A stretch of DNA of 63,971 nt, filler included, from Reticulomyxa filosa (taxonomy: Eukaryota; Protista; Foraminifera): assembly GCA_000512085.1 (NCBI GenBank). It is 20 parts of 20 records of this genome, joined end to end, with 100 filler letters (N's around TTAATTAATTAA, not from the genome) between each part and the next. Parts side by side here need not be neighbours in the genome. Positions count along the whole stretch, not along the records: positions 24,350 to 30,857 come from ASPP01005829.1; positions 30,958 to 32,727 come from ASPP01008621.1; positions 32,828 to 35,112 come from ASPP01003903.1; positions 35,213 to 36,245 come from ASPP01040389.1; positions 36,346 to 39,356 come from ASPP01040515.1; 15 more parts are not named here. The stretch is one strand, 5' to 3'. Below the pieces are notes generated by a model. The model searched no databases, had not been told where the DNA came from, and saw only the letters and a program-made list of their open reading frames with translations. Below are positions 24,521-37,210 of the stretch, in pieces. The position numbers and the translations under genes are program-made. Within the stretch, counting starts at the first letter, position 1. Each line of letters begins with the position of its first letter.

Positions 24521-25065
24521 TGTTAGTTATGCTGAATTTTCACAAAATGATAATATGATTATATCATGTTCTGCTGACAAAACTATACGATTATGGGATG
24601 TACAAACAGGAAATGAAATAACAATATCAGGAAATCATAGACACGTGGCGGTAATTGCAAAATTTTTTTCAGATGGAAAAATGATTGTGTCTGGTTCAGT
24701 TGACGGAGAAATAATAATATGGGACGCAGAATCTGGGCAAAAGAAAAAAATATTAAAAAACCTTTGGAGTACTATGTGATGTAGCGTTTTTACCAAGCGG
24801 TGAAGAAATTGTGATAGCGACAAGAAATAAAATTGAAATTTGGAATAGGTATTTATGGGAAAAAATACAAGAATTCCAAATTATGATTGACAGAAAGTGC
24901 AATTTTCTCCCGATGGTCTTTTCATCTTATGTTGTTCAACGTTCGTGATATGTAAAATATGGGACGCAGCTTTAGGGGTCTCCAGATGGTTACACTATTG
25001 TGTCATCTTCTCAAGATAATACCATTCGATTGTGGAAACAATTGCAAACAAGAAGAAACTTTGAC
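24521..25065 (+). pseudogene. WD40 repeat pseudogene, 5'-truncated at the transposon-like end
   Basis: IISCSADKTIRLWD, IVSGSVDGEIIIWD and SPDGYTIVSSSQDNTIRLW lie in different frames with stops. Confidence 0.8.
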
Positions 25066-25347
25066 AATAGAAACAATTTTTTGATTTAAACAATTAATGC
25101 CAAACATTTTTTTAAATGTGAAATGTTATTATTATCTAAAAATGAACCCTCTTTTTTTTGCATCATCACACAAACAAAAATGTTTATGCATAACATGATT
25201 TTTTATTTTCAAAGTTTTATAAGAATTGTATGGAAGGTAGAAAGGAAGTTATTGAGATATATTGTGTTGAATTAGCAGTAAACACCTATTTCATTTAATT
25301 CAACAAAAGAATCAATGATCAACATTTTTTTGGTTGAAAAGACAATG

Positions 25348-26712
25348 CTACCCCCAAATACGAATAGAACCTTTATATGAACCATAACACAAATAAATAC
25401 CACAATCACGCTCATTATTGTTTTTTCGTTTTAACCATAAAAATTTAAGAGAATACATTCCAAGATCTTCATCATTCCCTTTCATCAAATACAATTCATT
25501 CTTATTTGATCGAATATCCCAAAAACGAACTGTATTATCAAATGATGCAGAACATATCACATTTGAATTACAACCAATTTCTACTACAAATGGTGAATAT
25601 TCAACAGCTCGTACAGTATTTGTATGCCCTTTAAACACTTGAATTTGTTGAGCAGATCGAATATCCCATAAACGAAGACTGAAATCGTCTGATCCAGATA
25701 ATATTGTATTCGCACCACCATTAATTCCTAATTCATTTGATCCATATTTTACACTTAGCACTGAATTATGATGCCCTTTAAAGACAATCAATTGTTTGGT
25801 TGTTTCAATGTCCCATATACGAATAGTATTATCAACTGATCCAGAACAAATTGTATATCCGTTGCCACCAACACTAGTACTATTGCTTTTATTGTTATTG
25901 CTTTGTAATGGTGAAATATCTATGCACCAAACAGTATTTGCATGTCCATTGAAAACATGCAATGATTTAGATGTCTCAATATCCCATAAACGAACTGTTT
26001 GATCAAATGATCCAGAACACAAATATCGACCACCATTAAATGACGAAACTTCAATGCCAACAACTCCATCAGTATGTCCATTGAATATTTCTAATTCTTG
26101 ATTATTTTTGATATTCCAAAACCGAATGGTTTCATCATATGATGAAGAACAAACCACGTGATGACTGTTATTATGATAATGATATGGTGAAAATTTTACA
26201 CAATACACATAATCTGAATGTCCATTGAATGATTGAACTTGTTTACTGGTCTCTAAATCCCATATACGAACTGTTTTATCAAATGACCCAGAACAAAGAT
26301 ATTGATTGCCATCAAATTCTGAGTAGTCAATACTATGCACACGGTCAGTGTGCCCATTGAATGTTTTAAGTAACTTAGATGATGAACAAAACGAGGTAAG
26401 CATAGCAACAGCTGCCTGTATTAAATAATATTATGAATAGTGACAATATTTGTTTTAAATGAAAAATAAAAAATAAATAAACTCAACATAATTAACAACA
26501 AGTCTGTTGAAATCTTGGATCCATCCTAATTTGATGTTTAATATTCGAATCCAATGTTGAATAATTACTTGAATATCTTCTTCACCTGACTGATTCAGTC
26601 ATAAGTCAATACAATAAATAAGTATTTAAAGATTAGCTCTTCAGAAAGATTGGAATGAGCTTACCAACGCTTTTTTTGTTGAAATTTCTTTTTCATTTCT
26701 AAGAGTAGTCAT
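25348..26712 (-). CDS. WD40 repeat protein (SSSKLLKTFNGH subfamily), 3 exons, with the cassette exon
   Basis: Exon 1 MTTLRNEKEISTKKAL|GTAAG, exon 2 26589-26488 SGEEDIQVIIQHWIRILNIKLGWIQDFNRLVVNY, and an intact exon 3 with seven WD repeats ending IRIWG*. Confidence 0.9.
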
Positions 26713-26879
26713 TTTTTCAACACTTTTTTTTCTCTTCCAAGATAATGTAAATGCACCTTTTTTTTAGTTATTTTTAAAGGAAACACTTATCTTGGACACT
26801 CGACAAATATTTAGATAAAATTTCAAAGTTTTATTTAATTTCACAATCAAATAATGCCCAAACCTCATCAATTATTTGA

Positions 26880-27250
26880 AACTAATTATATAAAGATAAT
26901 AAGCAATTGCGAGTATTCAATAGACACATAAGTTGGGTTAATTGCATTAAATTCAATTATTTAGTGGTGGTAGATATCTATGTTCGGGATCATATGAAAA
27001 TATAATTCGTTTATGAGAAGTTGAAACATCTAAATCGTTTTCAATTGGCATAAAAATACTGTAAGATGTATTTATTTCACCATACAAAGTAATGGCAATA
27101 ACAAAAATAATAATAAAAATAATGATATGGTGTGATTGGTGGAAATAGATAAAAAAATTTATTCTGAATAATGAGATAAGAACATTAGTATATGATATAT
27201 CAAAAAATTAATTTTATTCAAAGACATAAATTATTAGAAGTGTAAAATAT
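26880..27250 (+). pseudogene. Heavily decayed WD40 remnant of the same subfamily
   Basis: Fragments such as GGRYLCSGSYENIIRL*EVETSKS and GVIGGN, with many indels. Confidence 0.65.
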
Positions 27251-27451
27251 TGACAAAAATATATATTATAAGATAATCAAATAATCATTTAAATTTTTTC
27301 ATTCATTAACCAACAAATAAATTCCTTTTAAAACATACAATGAAAAAATTAAAATAATCAATTAATATACAAACAAAATAAACAAATGAATATCTTAAAA
27401 TTTTAAAAAAAGGAAACAAATGCAAAAAAATGAAAAGTAATAGTTTATATC

Positions 27452-27528
27452 AGGCGTCGTTCTACGACGCCTATACAACTAATACTTTTGTCTTTTTTCC
27501 TTTTTTTGGTCCAGGACGAAAATCTAGT
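27452..27528 (+). mobile_element. Helitron-like 3' end(s): GC-rich hairpin followed by CTRR-T
   Basis: Perfect 9-bp stem AGGCGTCGT-TCT-ACGACGCCT, 6 nt, then CTAAT. A second palindrome GTCC-A-GGAC is followed by CTAGT. Confidence 0.4.
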
Positions 27529-29579
27529 TATATCAGTATAAAAAAATTTTCTTAAGGAAAATGTTAATGAATATGCTTAGTGTGAATATATATATTAATT
27601 GAGTGAATGCCAATTGATTTGATCATAAAAATATTTTATTTTAACACCAAAATTATTCTATTGTGATTTAAATTTACAATTTGTCAGTTAATTTTGTATC
27701 AAAATAATATGACAATTTTCATTTAAATAAATTATGCCACTTCAATAAGTAATAGCATTATTTAATTGAATATTACTTATTTGATTATTGACTGTAAACA
27801 GTAATTATTAATTGTAAATAATAATAAAATAATGATTAATGAGTCAGTTACATTATTGTTATTAAAAGTATGTTGTAACGCATTTAATAGATGATTCTAT
27901 GTCGATAAATTTGGTCCAGTCATTTAAATTATATTCCAAACAGTACTTTTTAAAATACAGTTGTTATAATTGAATAACCGGACAAATATATATGCTTTTG
28001 ACCAAGGTCACTTTTTCATTTAATTATCAATATACTTTATTTTCAAAAATATTATTAGTTACTATGCCTTGCCCAACGTCACCAGCGCATTGTAGTATTG
28101 CTTGATATATTCGTTAAATCTATCGGTGCAAATTGAATATTGTCTTTGCTTGCTTTTGCATTTGCACTTACGTTTACTTTCGTGTTTATAATCCTTTCAT
28201 TTGTGTTGTTGTCCTTCTTATTCTCCTGTTATTGTTGTGATTGACATCTGATATTCGTCCATATTTACATCTCAATTATCTGGCTGTCATGGCCAATTTT
28301 AGACATCTTCTGGACTAAGCTCAACATCTTTAATGTCGAAAGGCTAAGCTTTGTTTTGACATTGATAATTCTACTAATCATCGCTCTTTGTCTAATCTGT
28401 TATCGTTGTTACTGTTGCTATTGCTTCTTTCTCTTGCTCTTAGTACATTGTCATGTTCAAATTGAAGAAATCTTATGAGAATTACTTCGAACAAATTTGT
28501 CTAGTGTTGTTGTTGCCACATCTGAAGATACTGTCGTTATCATCAATATGACTATATGTAATTCAAAGTTCATTTTCGCTATGAATTTGTTAATGTCCTT
28601 CATCATGTAATGTAAGCAATCTTTTCTTTATTAGCTTTAACAAATTTCACTATTTCTTCAAATAAGCAAATAACTATATGATCAATACATTATTTTATAA
28701 TATTTTTACTAGTTTATTTATATTTTTCTGATATTTTCTAATTGCTATTTTATATAGATTAATGGTATAAACATTTCACGCGAAAATGATATAATCTAAA
28801 TATCACTTTATTAATATATTTGATATTATGTAATATTTTATTTTAATCAATAGCTAAAATATAATGATTGTGTAGTTCAACTACAAGTTAAACTAGTAAA
28901 CTTTTTTCTAAATTAAAAACATTTCAACAAGTAAATAATATTATTGCATTTATTAACTAATATCAAGTTCCGAATCTTTCTTTTTGTTCAAAACATGTTT
29001 CATTACCATTCAATACACGTACACTTCGCTATATTTGTATATTTTACGTTATAAAACTATCAATGAACTTTTTATAAAAAAATATATGAACTTTAAGTAC
29101 GCGTCATGTACTTACTGTTGTGCTAATGACTTTTATTATTATTTTTTCATAAATATTATTTAATTTTTTGTTTGTCTAATCAATAACAAAAAAAAATAAT
29201 CGAAACAGCAACATTTTGCCAGCAAAGTTTCTATAAACAAAAATTATCAGGAGGAAGATCAAAAATAAATCGTTCGCGTCTTTGGTAAAAGATATTTTTT
29301 TGCGAAAAGTATTTATAAAATCAAAATCGGCAGGACTAAACTGTCTTGTAAGATCATATTTTAAGAAAAAAGTATGTATGCTTCCAAAAAAGCTCGTGCT
29401 TTGTCGGTCGTATATGTGTAAGTCAACAAGACGTACAATCTTTTTTTTTTTTTTTTGAAGCAATATAAGTTAAAAAGATTGAGAAAAAAGAAAATGAAGA
29501 GGGAGATCAAAACATTATTTTAAAAAAATTTCTCCGTTCAAAAAAAAAATTTTATTTAAAAATTGTATTTTCAGTGGAG

Positions 29580-30680
29580 TCACAATTTTGCAGGAAGAGA
29601 GTACAAGTCAGTTCGCTTTTGTTTGGAGATAGGGATGGAGTCTCTGGTATTTCGAACTTGGAGCAAGTCAATGTCACAAACGAGCAAATGTTCCTTGTCA
29701 TCGCAAGTGGCAAGCACCTGTCCAAGAGGATCGGTGACAGCGGAGTGTCCCCAAACCGGATAAGACAGATTAGGATTTTTAGCCGGAGAGCATGCCATGA
29801 CAAAGCATTGATTGTCCAAGGCACGAGCGCGTTGCAGCAGTTCCCAGTGCAAAGGTCCCGTGGTAGTGTTGAACGCGCCGGGATATACCAAAGCGTCGCA
29901 TTGGAAGTGATGGCGATAAATGCTCGCCAATTCGGGAAATCGAATGTCATAGCAAATGCCAATGCCCACTTTCCAAATCGATTGTTTCTTTTGAACTTCG
30001 ATGCAAGTGAACCCATTGCCCGGGGACAATGTTTCGCTTTCTATGAAACGGATTTTGTTGGGAATGTCGATATCAAACAAATGCATTTTACGATATTTGC
30101 CGATCAAATCACCATTCGGATTGAACATCAAACATGTATTGTACAGTTTCTTCCCCGACTTTGATCCCTTTCCAACTTGTTCTTGTTCTTGTTCCTGTTC
30201 CTGTTCCTGTTCCTGTTCCGAGATTGTTCCGCCAATCAAATATATTCCATTGCTTTTCGCACTGTTCGATAACATATATGTGGACGGCATTTCGTTTTCT
30301 ATGTTTTTGATCTTCATCAGGTCTTCGTGTGTCACCTTTTTTTTATTGATATCGCTGCTACTGCTACTGTGGCTATTGCCTCCGAAAGATACACAGCGCT
30401 CTGCATACTTTGGAAATGAATCGTTACCGTACGGACAATTGAACATCTCTGGAAGTATCACCATGTCTGCTTTGTGCACTTTGCTCGCCTCTGCTATCAA
30501 CTTCGACGCGGTCTTCAGGTTCGTCTGCTTGTTGTCTGTCACCGTCAGCTGGCATAATGCCACTCGCAAACTTGAAGCACTCCCCTCTGGAGATAACGAG
30601 CAGGAGCGAGCTGTTGTTGCCATTGTGCTCAGCAGTGAATGTCTTTGTCTCAATGTGCCCAACCGAAATTTTGAAAGCAT
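29580..30680 (-). CDS. NIT2: Omega-amidase NIT2/Nit3 (carbon-nitrogen hydrolase family), intronless, probable mitochondrial presequence
   Basis: E-K-C triad in ILPEMFNCPY, YRKMHLFDIDIP and GICYDIRFPE, plus YPGAFNTTTGPLHWELLQRARALDNQ. The N-terminus MLSKFRLGTLRQRHSLL is R/S/L-rich. Confidence 0.93.
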   Translation of the reverse strand: MLSKFRLGTLRQRHSLLSTMATTARSCSLSPEGSASSLRVALCQLTVTDNKQTNLKTASKLIAEASKVHKADMVILPEMFNCPYGNDSFPKYAERCVSFGGNSHSSSSSDINKKKVTHEDLMKIKNIENEMPSTYMLSNSAKSNGIYLIGGTISEQEQEQEQEQEQEQVGKGSKSGKKLYNTCLMFNPNGDLIGKYRKMHLFDIDIPNKIRFIESETLSPGNGFTCIEVQKKQSIWKVGIGICYDIRFPELASIYRHHFQCDALVYPGAFNTTTGPLHWELLQRARALDNQCFVMACSPAKNPNLSYPVWGHSAVTDPLGQVLATCDDKEHLLVCDIDLLQVRNTRDSIPISKQKRTDLYSLPAKL

Positions 30681-30957
30681 TGACTTTTTTTTTTTTAGCA
30701 AAAAGGGGTAGGAAAAGTTCATATTGCACTTTGATACAAAACTGTTCTAGGTACAGAGAAAAACTAGATTTTCAAACTTGAAGGACGGCCATTTGTTTTG
30801 CATGTTGAAAGTATTTTTCTTAGAATGTTAGATAAAAGCCAACTCGTTTAAGAAAGGNNNNNNNNNNNNNNNNNNNNNNNNNNNNNNNNNNNNNNNNNNN
30901 NTTAATTAATTAANNNNNNNNNNNNNNNNNNNNNNNNNNNNNNNNNNNNNNNNNNNN

Positions 30958-31293
30958 GATATTCGATCTGATCAACAAATTCAAGTGTTCAATGGACACA
31001 CCCATTTGGTGTATGCTGCTGAATATTCACCATTTGTAATAAAGAATAATATTGGTAATTCAAATGTGATATGTTCTGGATCATTGGATAATACAATTCG
31101 ATTTTGGGATATTCGATCAAATAAGAAAGAATTGTGTTCAATGGAAGAAGATTGTGCAGAATATGATAAAATAGTGTGTCTTAAATTTGTATTATTGAAA
31201 AAGAAAGTAAATAATAATGAACAAAAATTAAATGATTGTGATGTTTATTTATATTATGGCTCAGATAATGGTTTAATTCGTGTTTGGGGATGA
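30958..31293 (+). CDS. 3' end of a WD40 repeat protein (same subfamily as 25348-26712)
   Basis: FNGHT...EYSPF...ICSGSLDNTIRFWDIRSNK...YGSDNGLIRVWG*. Confidence 0.85.
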   Translation, partial: DIRSDQQIQVFNGHTHLVYAAEYSPFVIKNNIGNSNVICSGSLDNTIRFWDIRSNKKELCSMEEDCAEYDKIVCLKFVLLKKKVNNNEQKLNDCDVYLYYGSDNGLIRVWG

Positions 31294-33257
31294 ATATGTA
31301 TGAATGAAATTTTGTTTTGATTTTCATTTTTTTATTTATTCAATTTATACTTTGGATTTTTTGTCATTTAAGAAAAAAAAAGGTTTACAATATTTTTGTA
31401 CGCTTTTAATAAGATATGTGTAAAATAATTTGCACTAAGACTGAATTTTGGTATTTGATACTTTTGAGAAACGCGTATTAATTAAACAAATGTTCAAATA
31501 TTAATCATAATTACAAATCATAATGATCTAAAAACAAGCAATTTTTCAAGATTAAATTGAGACCTATCAATGCTTGTTGTGTTAAAGTAGTTATTCTTTT
31601 AGCATTTTTTAGGATTGAAGTAGATGATATAAAAGGAAAAAATTTGTTAAAAATTGAATATATTACGTATATTACAAATTACATTACATTGTAAGTACAT
31701 ATCGCATGATCAATAGTTCAAACTTGAAAATCTACTAAAAATTCGTAATAAATTCAATAGTAAGCAAATACTTTGAAAATTTAATTTTAATATATTTGAT
31801 GTCGATATTACGCACACTAAAAAAACAATTTACTGCATTGCTGTAAATTAAAAAATACATTCCATAAATTGTAAAAGCTATTGTATTCAAACTCAAATGG
31901 ACATAAGTTTTTCAAATACTTAAAATATATTATCAACAACAACAAAAAAACTATAGTAAACTACAATTTTCAACAACAGAGACTTTAGTACTGAGGTAGC
32001 ATTACTAACAAATTGCAAATAAAATTTAAAATTAACCTCAAAGCAAACGAATTAAGCAAAAATATTTTTAAAAACTATTCTCTTTCTTCTATATCAAATT
32101 GCCTACTATTACGTCACGCAATTGCACAACATCACCGATATCGACCCGCAATTCCGGTATTACATTTGCGTTGAGTTCTACATCACTGTGGAAATCTCCT
32201 TGGTTCTGCAATATTCACATTCAAAGACTTTACAAAATCTTTTTTGTTGGCACTTTTCAAAGGGGAAACATTTGATGGATCAGTAATGTGCGGAAACATC
32301 GACACAACAAAGACAAGAAGAATGAAAAGGAAGAAAAAGACAAAAAACAAGTAGTGATGACGATCGATGTTGTTTGAAAAAAAAAAAGGAGTAAAAGTAA
32401 AAAGCCTAAAAACTTTGTCATTAGTTTAGATGATAAATTCTCTTTGTAATGATTTCTAACTACGAGTTTTGTAATCATCTAAAAAAATATTAATTTTACA
32501 ATAAAGTAATTAAACTATTCCAAGTTAATTGATTAAAATATATAATTTATGTAATTTATGCAATTACATATTACTAAAATATTTTTGACAACACATTTCG
32601 TTATTCTTGATAAAAAGAAGGCCTTAAGCAAAAAAACAAAAAAGTTGAAAATGACAACTACTTAAAACATTCACTGGATATATAAATTGTGTATACTGTT
32701 GAATATTCAATTTTATTCATCTTCCACNNNNNNNNNNNNNNNNNNNNNNNNNNNNNNNNNNNNNNNNNNNNTTAATTAATTAANNNNNNNNNNNNNNNNN
32801 NNNNNNNNNNNNNNNNNNNNNNNNNNNTCATATCGCTTAACATTGGTTGATGGATCTACTGCAAAAGGTATTCTTTATTTTATAACATGTCTTTCTTCAA
32901 GTTTACGTAAGTTGTGAGAAATTTTTTGTTAAATATACTTTTTCATTTTTTATTACTTTTGTAGCGGAACTGTTAAAGCTTGCATTGCGCGCTTTGGCCA
33001 TATTCAACCTGCCAGACGGCATGCATTGCATTCGACAAACTGTGACAGTGTTCCTCGATGCCACAGTGACGTGCTCCAAGTTGCTACTTCGTGTAGATCG
33101 GGCAGATGGAAATGGCACATGAAAGAACTGGTGCCGATGACGAGGCGATGTCTTTGAAGGAGAAAAAGGACAAAAAGATGATGGCAATAAAAGGTAATGA
33201 CAATGACAAGGCCAACAACGACGACAATGACAATGACGCCGTCGACGAAAAAAAGAT

Positions 33258-33404
33258 CATCAATTGTTAGGAGTAACTGTATGCGCGCTTGTCATCAACT
33301 GTTATGCGTACCTGGTATGAACTGTTATGCGTACCTGGTATGAACTGTTATGCTTACCAACTGTTATGCGCACATGTTATCAATTGTTATGAGTCCTGTT
33401 ATCC
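33258..33404. repeat. Minisatellite, ~23-bp unit AACTGTTATGCGTACCTGGTATG, about 6 variable copies
   Basis: Two exact adjacent units plus degenerate flanking units. Confidence 0.85.
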
Positions 33405-34811
33405 ATACTTGATCGTCGCTGTCACACGGCATAAAGCTACTTTAAGATAAGAACCAAAAAAAGTTGGTGGCAAACGAATGTATTAATAAAATTTTAAATT
33501 GGTGCCAAACGATTTATAGAAATGCCGAATTCATTTGGAAAATGCAATTTGTTGGATTTGTTTTGTGTTCATCATTAGTTTAATGTAGAAAAATTTGTCT
33601 TTTTTTTATCCAAAAATTCTTTTCACTTAAACAAAAAAAAATGAAAAAGGTAGCAATGATAAGTGTTTTAAAAATTTCAAAAAAAAGGAACAAAAAAAGT
33701 TTGGAGCCTCCATGTGTGCAAAAATGGTCACTTACCGTTCCATCATCTTTCATCGTATCAAATTTATATCCGTGTATGTGTTTATCGCAATCGTTTTACA
33801 TTTTTTTTTTTATTGAGTGAGAAAATAGATCATCTGAAAAAAAATAATTGGATGCTTTTTGATTTGTAGATAAGTAAACAAGATGAGAAACCTCCAAAAA
33901 AAAGATATCGTTGTTAGCTCTAAGTACTTGTAAATACGCTTGTCGTCGTTCATGCGTTCCAGTAAACTGTTATTTGATATTGTTCTTTAATAAATCTAAT
34001 CGAGCTGAAACAAGCTTCGCAAAAGAGCGAATGTTCTTTAAACTAAATGATAATTCCAGGACTTTGACGTGCTCATCAAGATTTTCAAAAAAAATGAAAA
34101 ACTTGACTCTCGAAATCTTTACGATATCATTATCCAAGCAGCTAACTCCAAAGGTGGTCATGACTTTTATGAAGTAAGGGTCCATGTGCCTGAGGATTGA
34201 AACCCCATTTCATCGACTTTTTCGATAATACATTCTGAGTTGTGATCAGCCATTGCAATGATCAGTTCGGCCAAGTGAGTAAAGTGTTAGTACGTTATGC
34301 AAATCTCTCAGCTTCGTTATTGTATAAGAGAAAAGATTATTACGCAAAATATAGAAACACAGCAGCGATTGCAAGGGAAACACCACACAATTAACTAGCA
34401 GTTGAACGCCTCCCAAATGAGAATATACGTGCAATGATTCATGGGTACATATGGGAACATTTGTCATATCTTTTTTTGGAAGCTTTTGTGAATGTGAAAT
34501 TGTTGTGCAAAAAAAAAAAATACTTCTTCCTTCAGTCTTTGACCAAGATAAAAAAACTCGTGTCAAAATTATTGTGACTCTTAAAATATGTGCATTTGCA
34601 TAAAATAGTGCTTTCGAGATAATAAACAATACGTATACAGAACTGCTACTTGTCGCTAAAATGTTGGCTTTAAAAATGTAATAACAAAAAGCAACAAATT
34701 CTGTTATCATAATTGACAAAAATATATCCAGTGCACAAACCAAAGGTTTTGAGCAAAAAGGGGCTACTTTTTTTATCTGTGATCCTTAATCATCAGTGCA
34801 TTATATATATA

Positions 34812-35088
34812 ATGTCAGGTGTAATTTCATAAAAAGTGAAATAGATTTAGCTTGACATATCTATTTGAATGCTCCTTTATTGTTTCCAGTTTGATCAAGC
34901 ACAAGTTTAAAAAAACAAACATAAAACGTGAAAAAAAAAAATAGAGCGAAAAGATTACGACGACGATGAAGAAGACAACACATCGTCTGGTAATGACTCT
35001 GATGGGAACCCAAATAGCCAAAATGGTCTCAAGAGATTTGTATGCAGTATCTGTGGAAAAGGTTTTGCACGAAAACGAGAACTGGAAG
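34812..35088 (+). CDS. C2H2 zinc-finger protein, 5' part (not in the ORF track frame)
   Basis: The exon after the acceptor at 34944 reads KDYDDDEEDNTSSGNDSDGNPNSQNGLKRFVCSICGKGFARKRELE|GT. A putative micro first exon ATG TCA G|GT lies at 34812. Confidence 0.65.
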
Positions 35089-35293
35089 GTATATCATAAA
35101 CATTATATATATNNNNNNNNNNNNNNNNNNNNNNNNNNNNNNNNNNNNNNNNNNNNTTAATTAATTAANNNNNNNNNNNNNNNNNNNNNNNNNNNNNNNN
35201 NNNNNNNNNNNNCCTTTTTTCCACTTTTTAATTTGTTGAATTGTATATCGATTTTTGACATCTTAAAAAAAACAATCTGTTGACTTTTTGCAG

Positions 35294-35991
35294 GTGTGAT
35301 CAAATACATTGGGAAAGTCCATTTTGGGGAAGACTGCAGGTTCGGTATTCAATTAGACAAATTCAATATCAACAACCACTTTATCGCCAAAGGAGGCCAT
35401 GGCTTGTTTGTCGCAAGGGAAAAAATTATCAAACAACTGAGGAATGGAAGCCACAATGAAGAAGTCTCCTTCGAAGTGAACGACTGTGTCTTGCTTGAAG
35501 ACAAAATCACAGGTCGTCTCAGTTGTTTTTTTTTTAAGCATTTTCTCAGTTTTAAGCATTTCAAATTTGGGTGTATTAAAAAATATATATACGTATCCAT
35601 ATTGGACAAACAACATGTTAGATTTGCTAATTGTAGGATTGGAGCTACTTGATTCTATTGCAAATGGTCGCGATGGAAGATTTGAAGGATAACGATACAA
35701 ACACTGAAAAGTTTTTGTTTTGAAAAAAAGAGAAAAAATATTAACGTAGGATGTCATTCTTATTTGATGATTGAATGAAAAAAGATACTTTGAATGCAAG
35801 CCGGGATGCGGCTACTTGCATGCGTCGGCGATGTGGACTCAATAGTGAAAACGTGTGCAAAAGTACTGATGGAGAAACAACCCGAAACAATTCCTGAAAA
35901 TCTGGAAATGGAACCTTCTTCGAATTGTCAGTCGAAGGATAGATCGAGTGAAGACAAAAATGCGCAAGAAAAGTTTGAATTGAATCGTTAG
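35294..35991 (+). pseudogene. CAP-Gly domain protein fragment (two domains), degenerate
   Basis: GVIKYIGKVHFGEDCRFGIQLD...HF...GGHGLFV. The second repeat IVGLELLDSIANGRDGRFEG* has an in-frame stop, and the first lacks the GKNDG loop. Confidence 0.65.
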
Positions 35992-36525
35992 TTTACTGCC
36001 ATCAGCAAAGATAAAGAAAAAGTTGAATAAAAACTAGTTGTTGACTCTAATCTCAAGTGTCTTGAAAACACTAAAAAATATATCCGTAGAAAATTGGCTG
36101 AGTCTTCATGCACCACTTCTTGACACAAGTACTATTACTGTTGAAGAAAGGAGTTTTACTTGGTCGTTAATGTTTTTTGAGATTCTTCATGTTTTGCAGG
36201 AAAATTGCCTAATGTGAAACTGATATATCGATAATTTCTTGAATTNNNNNNNNNNNNNNNNNNNNNNNNNNNNNNNNNNNNNNNNNNNNTTAATTAATTA
36301 ANNNNNNNNNNNNNNNNNNNNNNNNNNNNNNNNNNNNNNNNNNNNTCACTTTTAATTCATTGGCCTTTTTCAAGCTTTTTAATTGTTGCAGTCTATTTCT
36401 TATTAATAAGATCTTAGTCTCATACAAAGACCTTTCGGAGTTATAAATATCTTATGAAAAACAATAACATGAGGACTTGTTTTTAAACTTGAAAAATACC
36501 CTTTAAAAAAATTCATCAAAGCTCG

Positions 36526-37210
36526 TTGTTGAAAATAATGGATGAACAGGATTTTTTGGACGAGACGCTCCAAAGAGTAGCTTCATCTAGCGCAGTGAAT
36601 AAATATTATGTATTTGCAAATGATTTAATAAATAACATGTTGGATGAAAAAAAAAGGGCGTCCCGCGACAAAGAATGTGTATTTACGGAGCGACACTTTC
36701 CGGATGTGTGCAAAAAAAACTGGCGAACGTATCTTGCGGATATTCAGTATTTTTGCACCATCTAAAAAAAAGGGTATTTGACTGATCGCAATATGGACTC
36801 ACTTCAGCAAAAACATAGTGACATTTCGTACAATAGTGCGACACTCAGAGTTGTCATTGCGAATAAAATGGAAAAGGGTAAATATCATATAGTAATAGCA
36901 TGGACGTTTTCAAAACGACAATATTGTGAATTTCATTACATTCAAAAAAAGAGTCAATGTGCATCCATTTTCTTCAGAGCAATTGCAAGAGATGTTGACT
37001 TTTTTCTTATCAAACATATACATATATAAAATTAGGAGAAAGTAAAGAAGATGAATCAGACAATAATGATGAACATGAATCAGGTAATACTGAAAGATGA
37101 AGATGAATCAGACCATGCTAAAAACAAACAAATAAACAAGAAGATATCTAAGAAATTTGTACAGCGACAACCCAATGTCAAAAGAACAGGGCCAAGCCGT
37201 AGACACTGAC
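36526..37210 (+). pseudogene. Unidentified coding-like sequence with an in-frame stop and an acidic repeat tail
   Basis: ORFs 36526-36765 and 36778-37029 share a frame across a TAA. EDESDNNDEHESG-type repeats follow a probable intron. Confidence 0.3.

Noticed and set aside
28080-28620. Slightly GC-richer, coding-like minus-strand stretch
   Set aside because: All frames are interrupted and no motif is recognisable. It may be an old pseudogene but cannot be supported.
29574-30711. Long antisense ORFs over NIT2 (also over the WD40, TFIIS and uvrA genes)
   Set aside because: These are shadow ORFs of real genes with no motifs of their own.
33258-33404. CRISPR array
   Set aside because: Units are adjacent with no unique spacers, there are no cas genes, and the context is eukaryotic.
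34246-34743. 165-aa hydrophobic ORF as a membrane protein
   Set aside because: Non-ATG start, composition explained by T-rich DNA, and no family motif.
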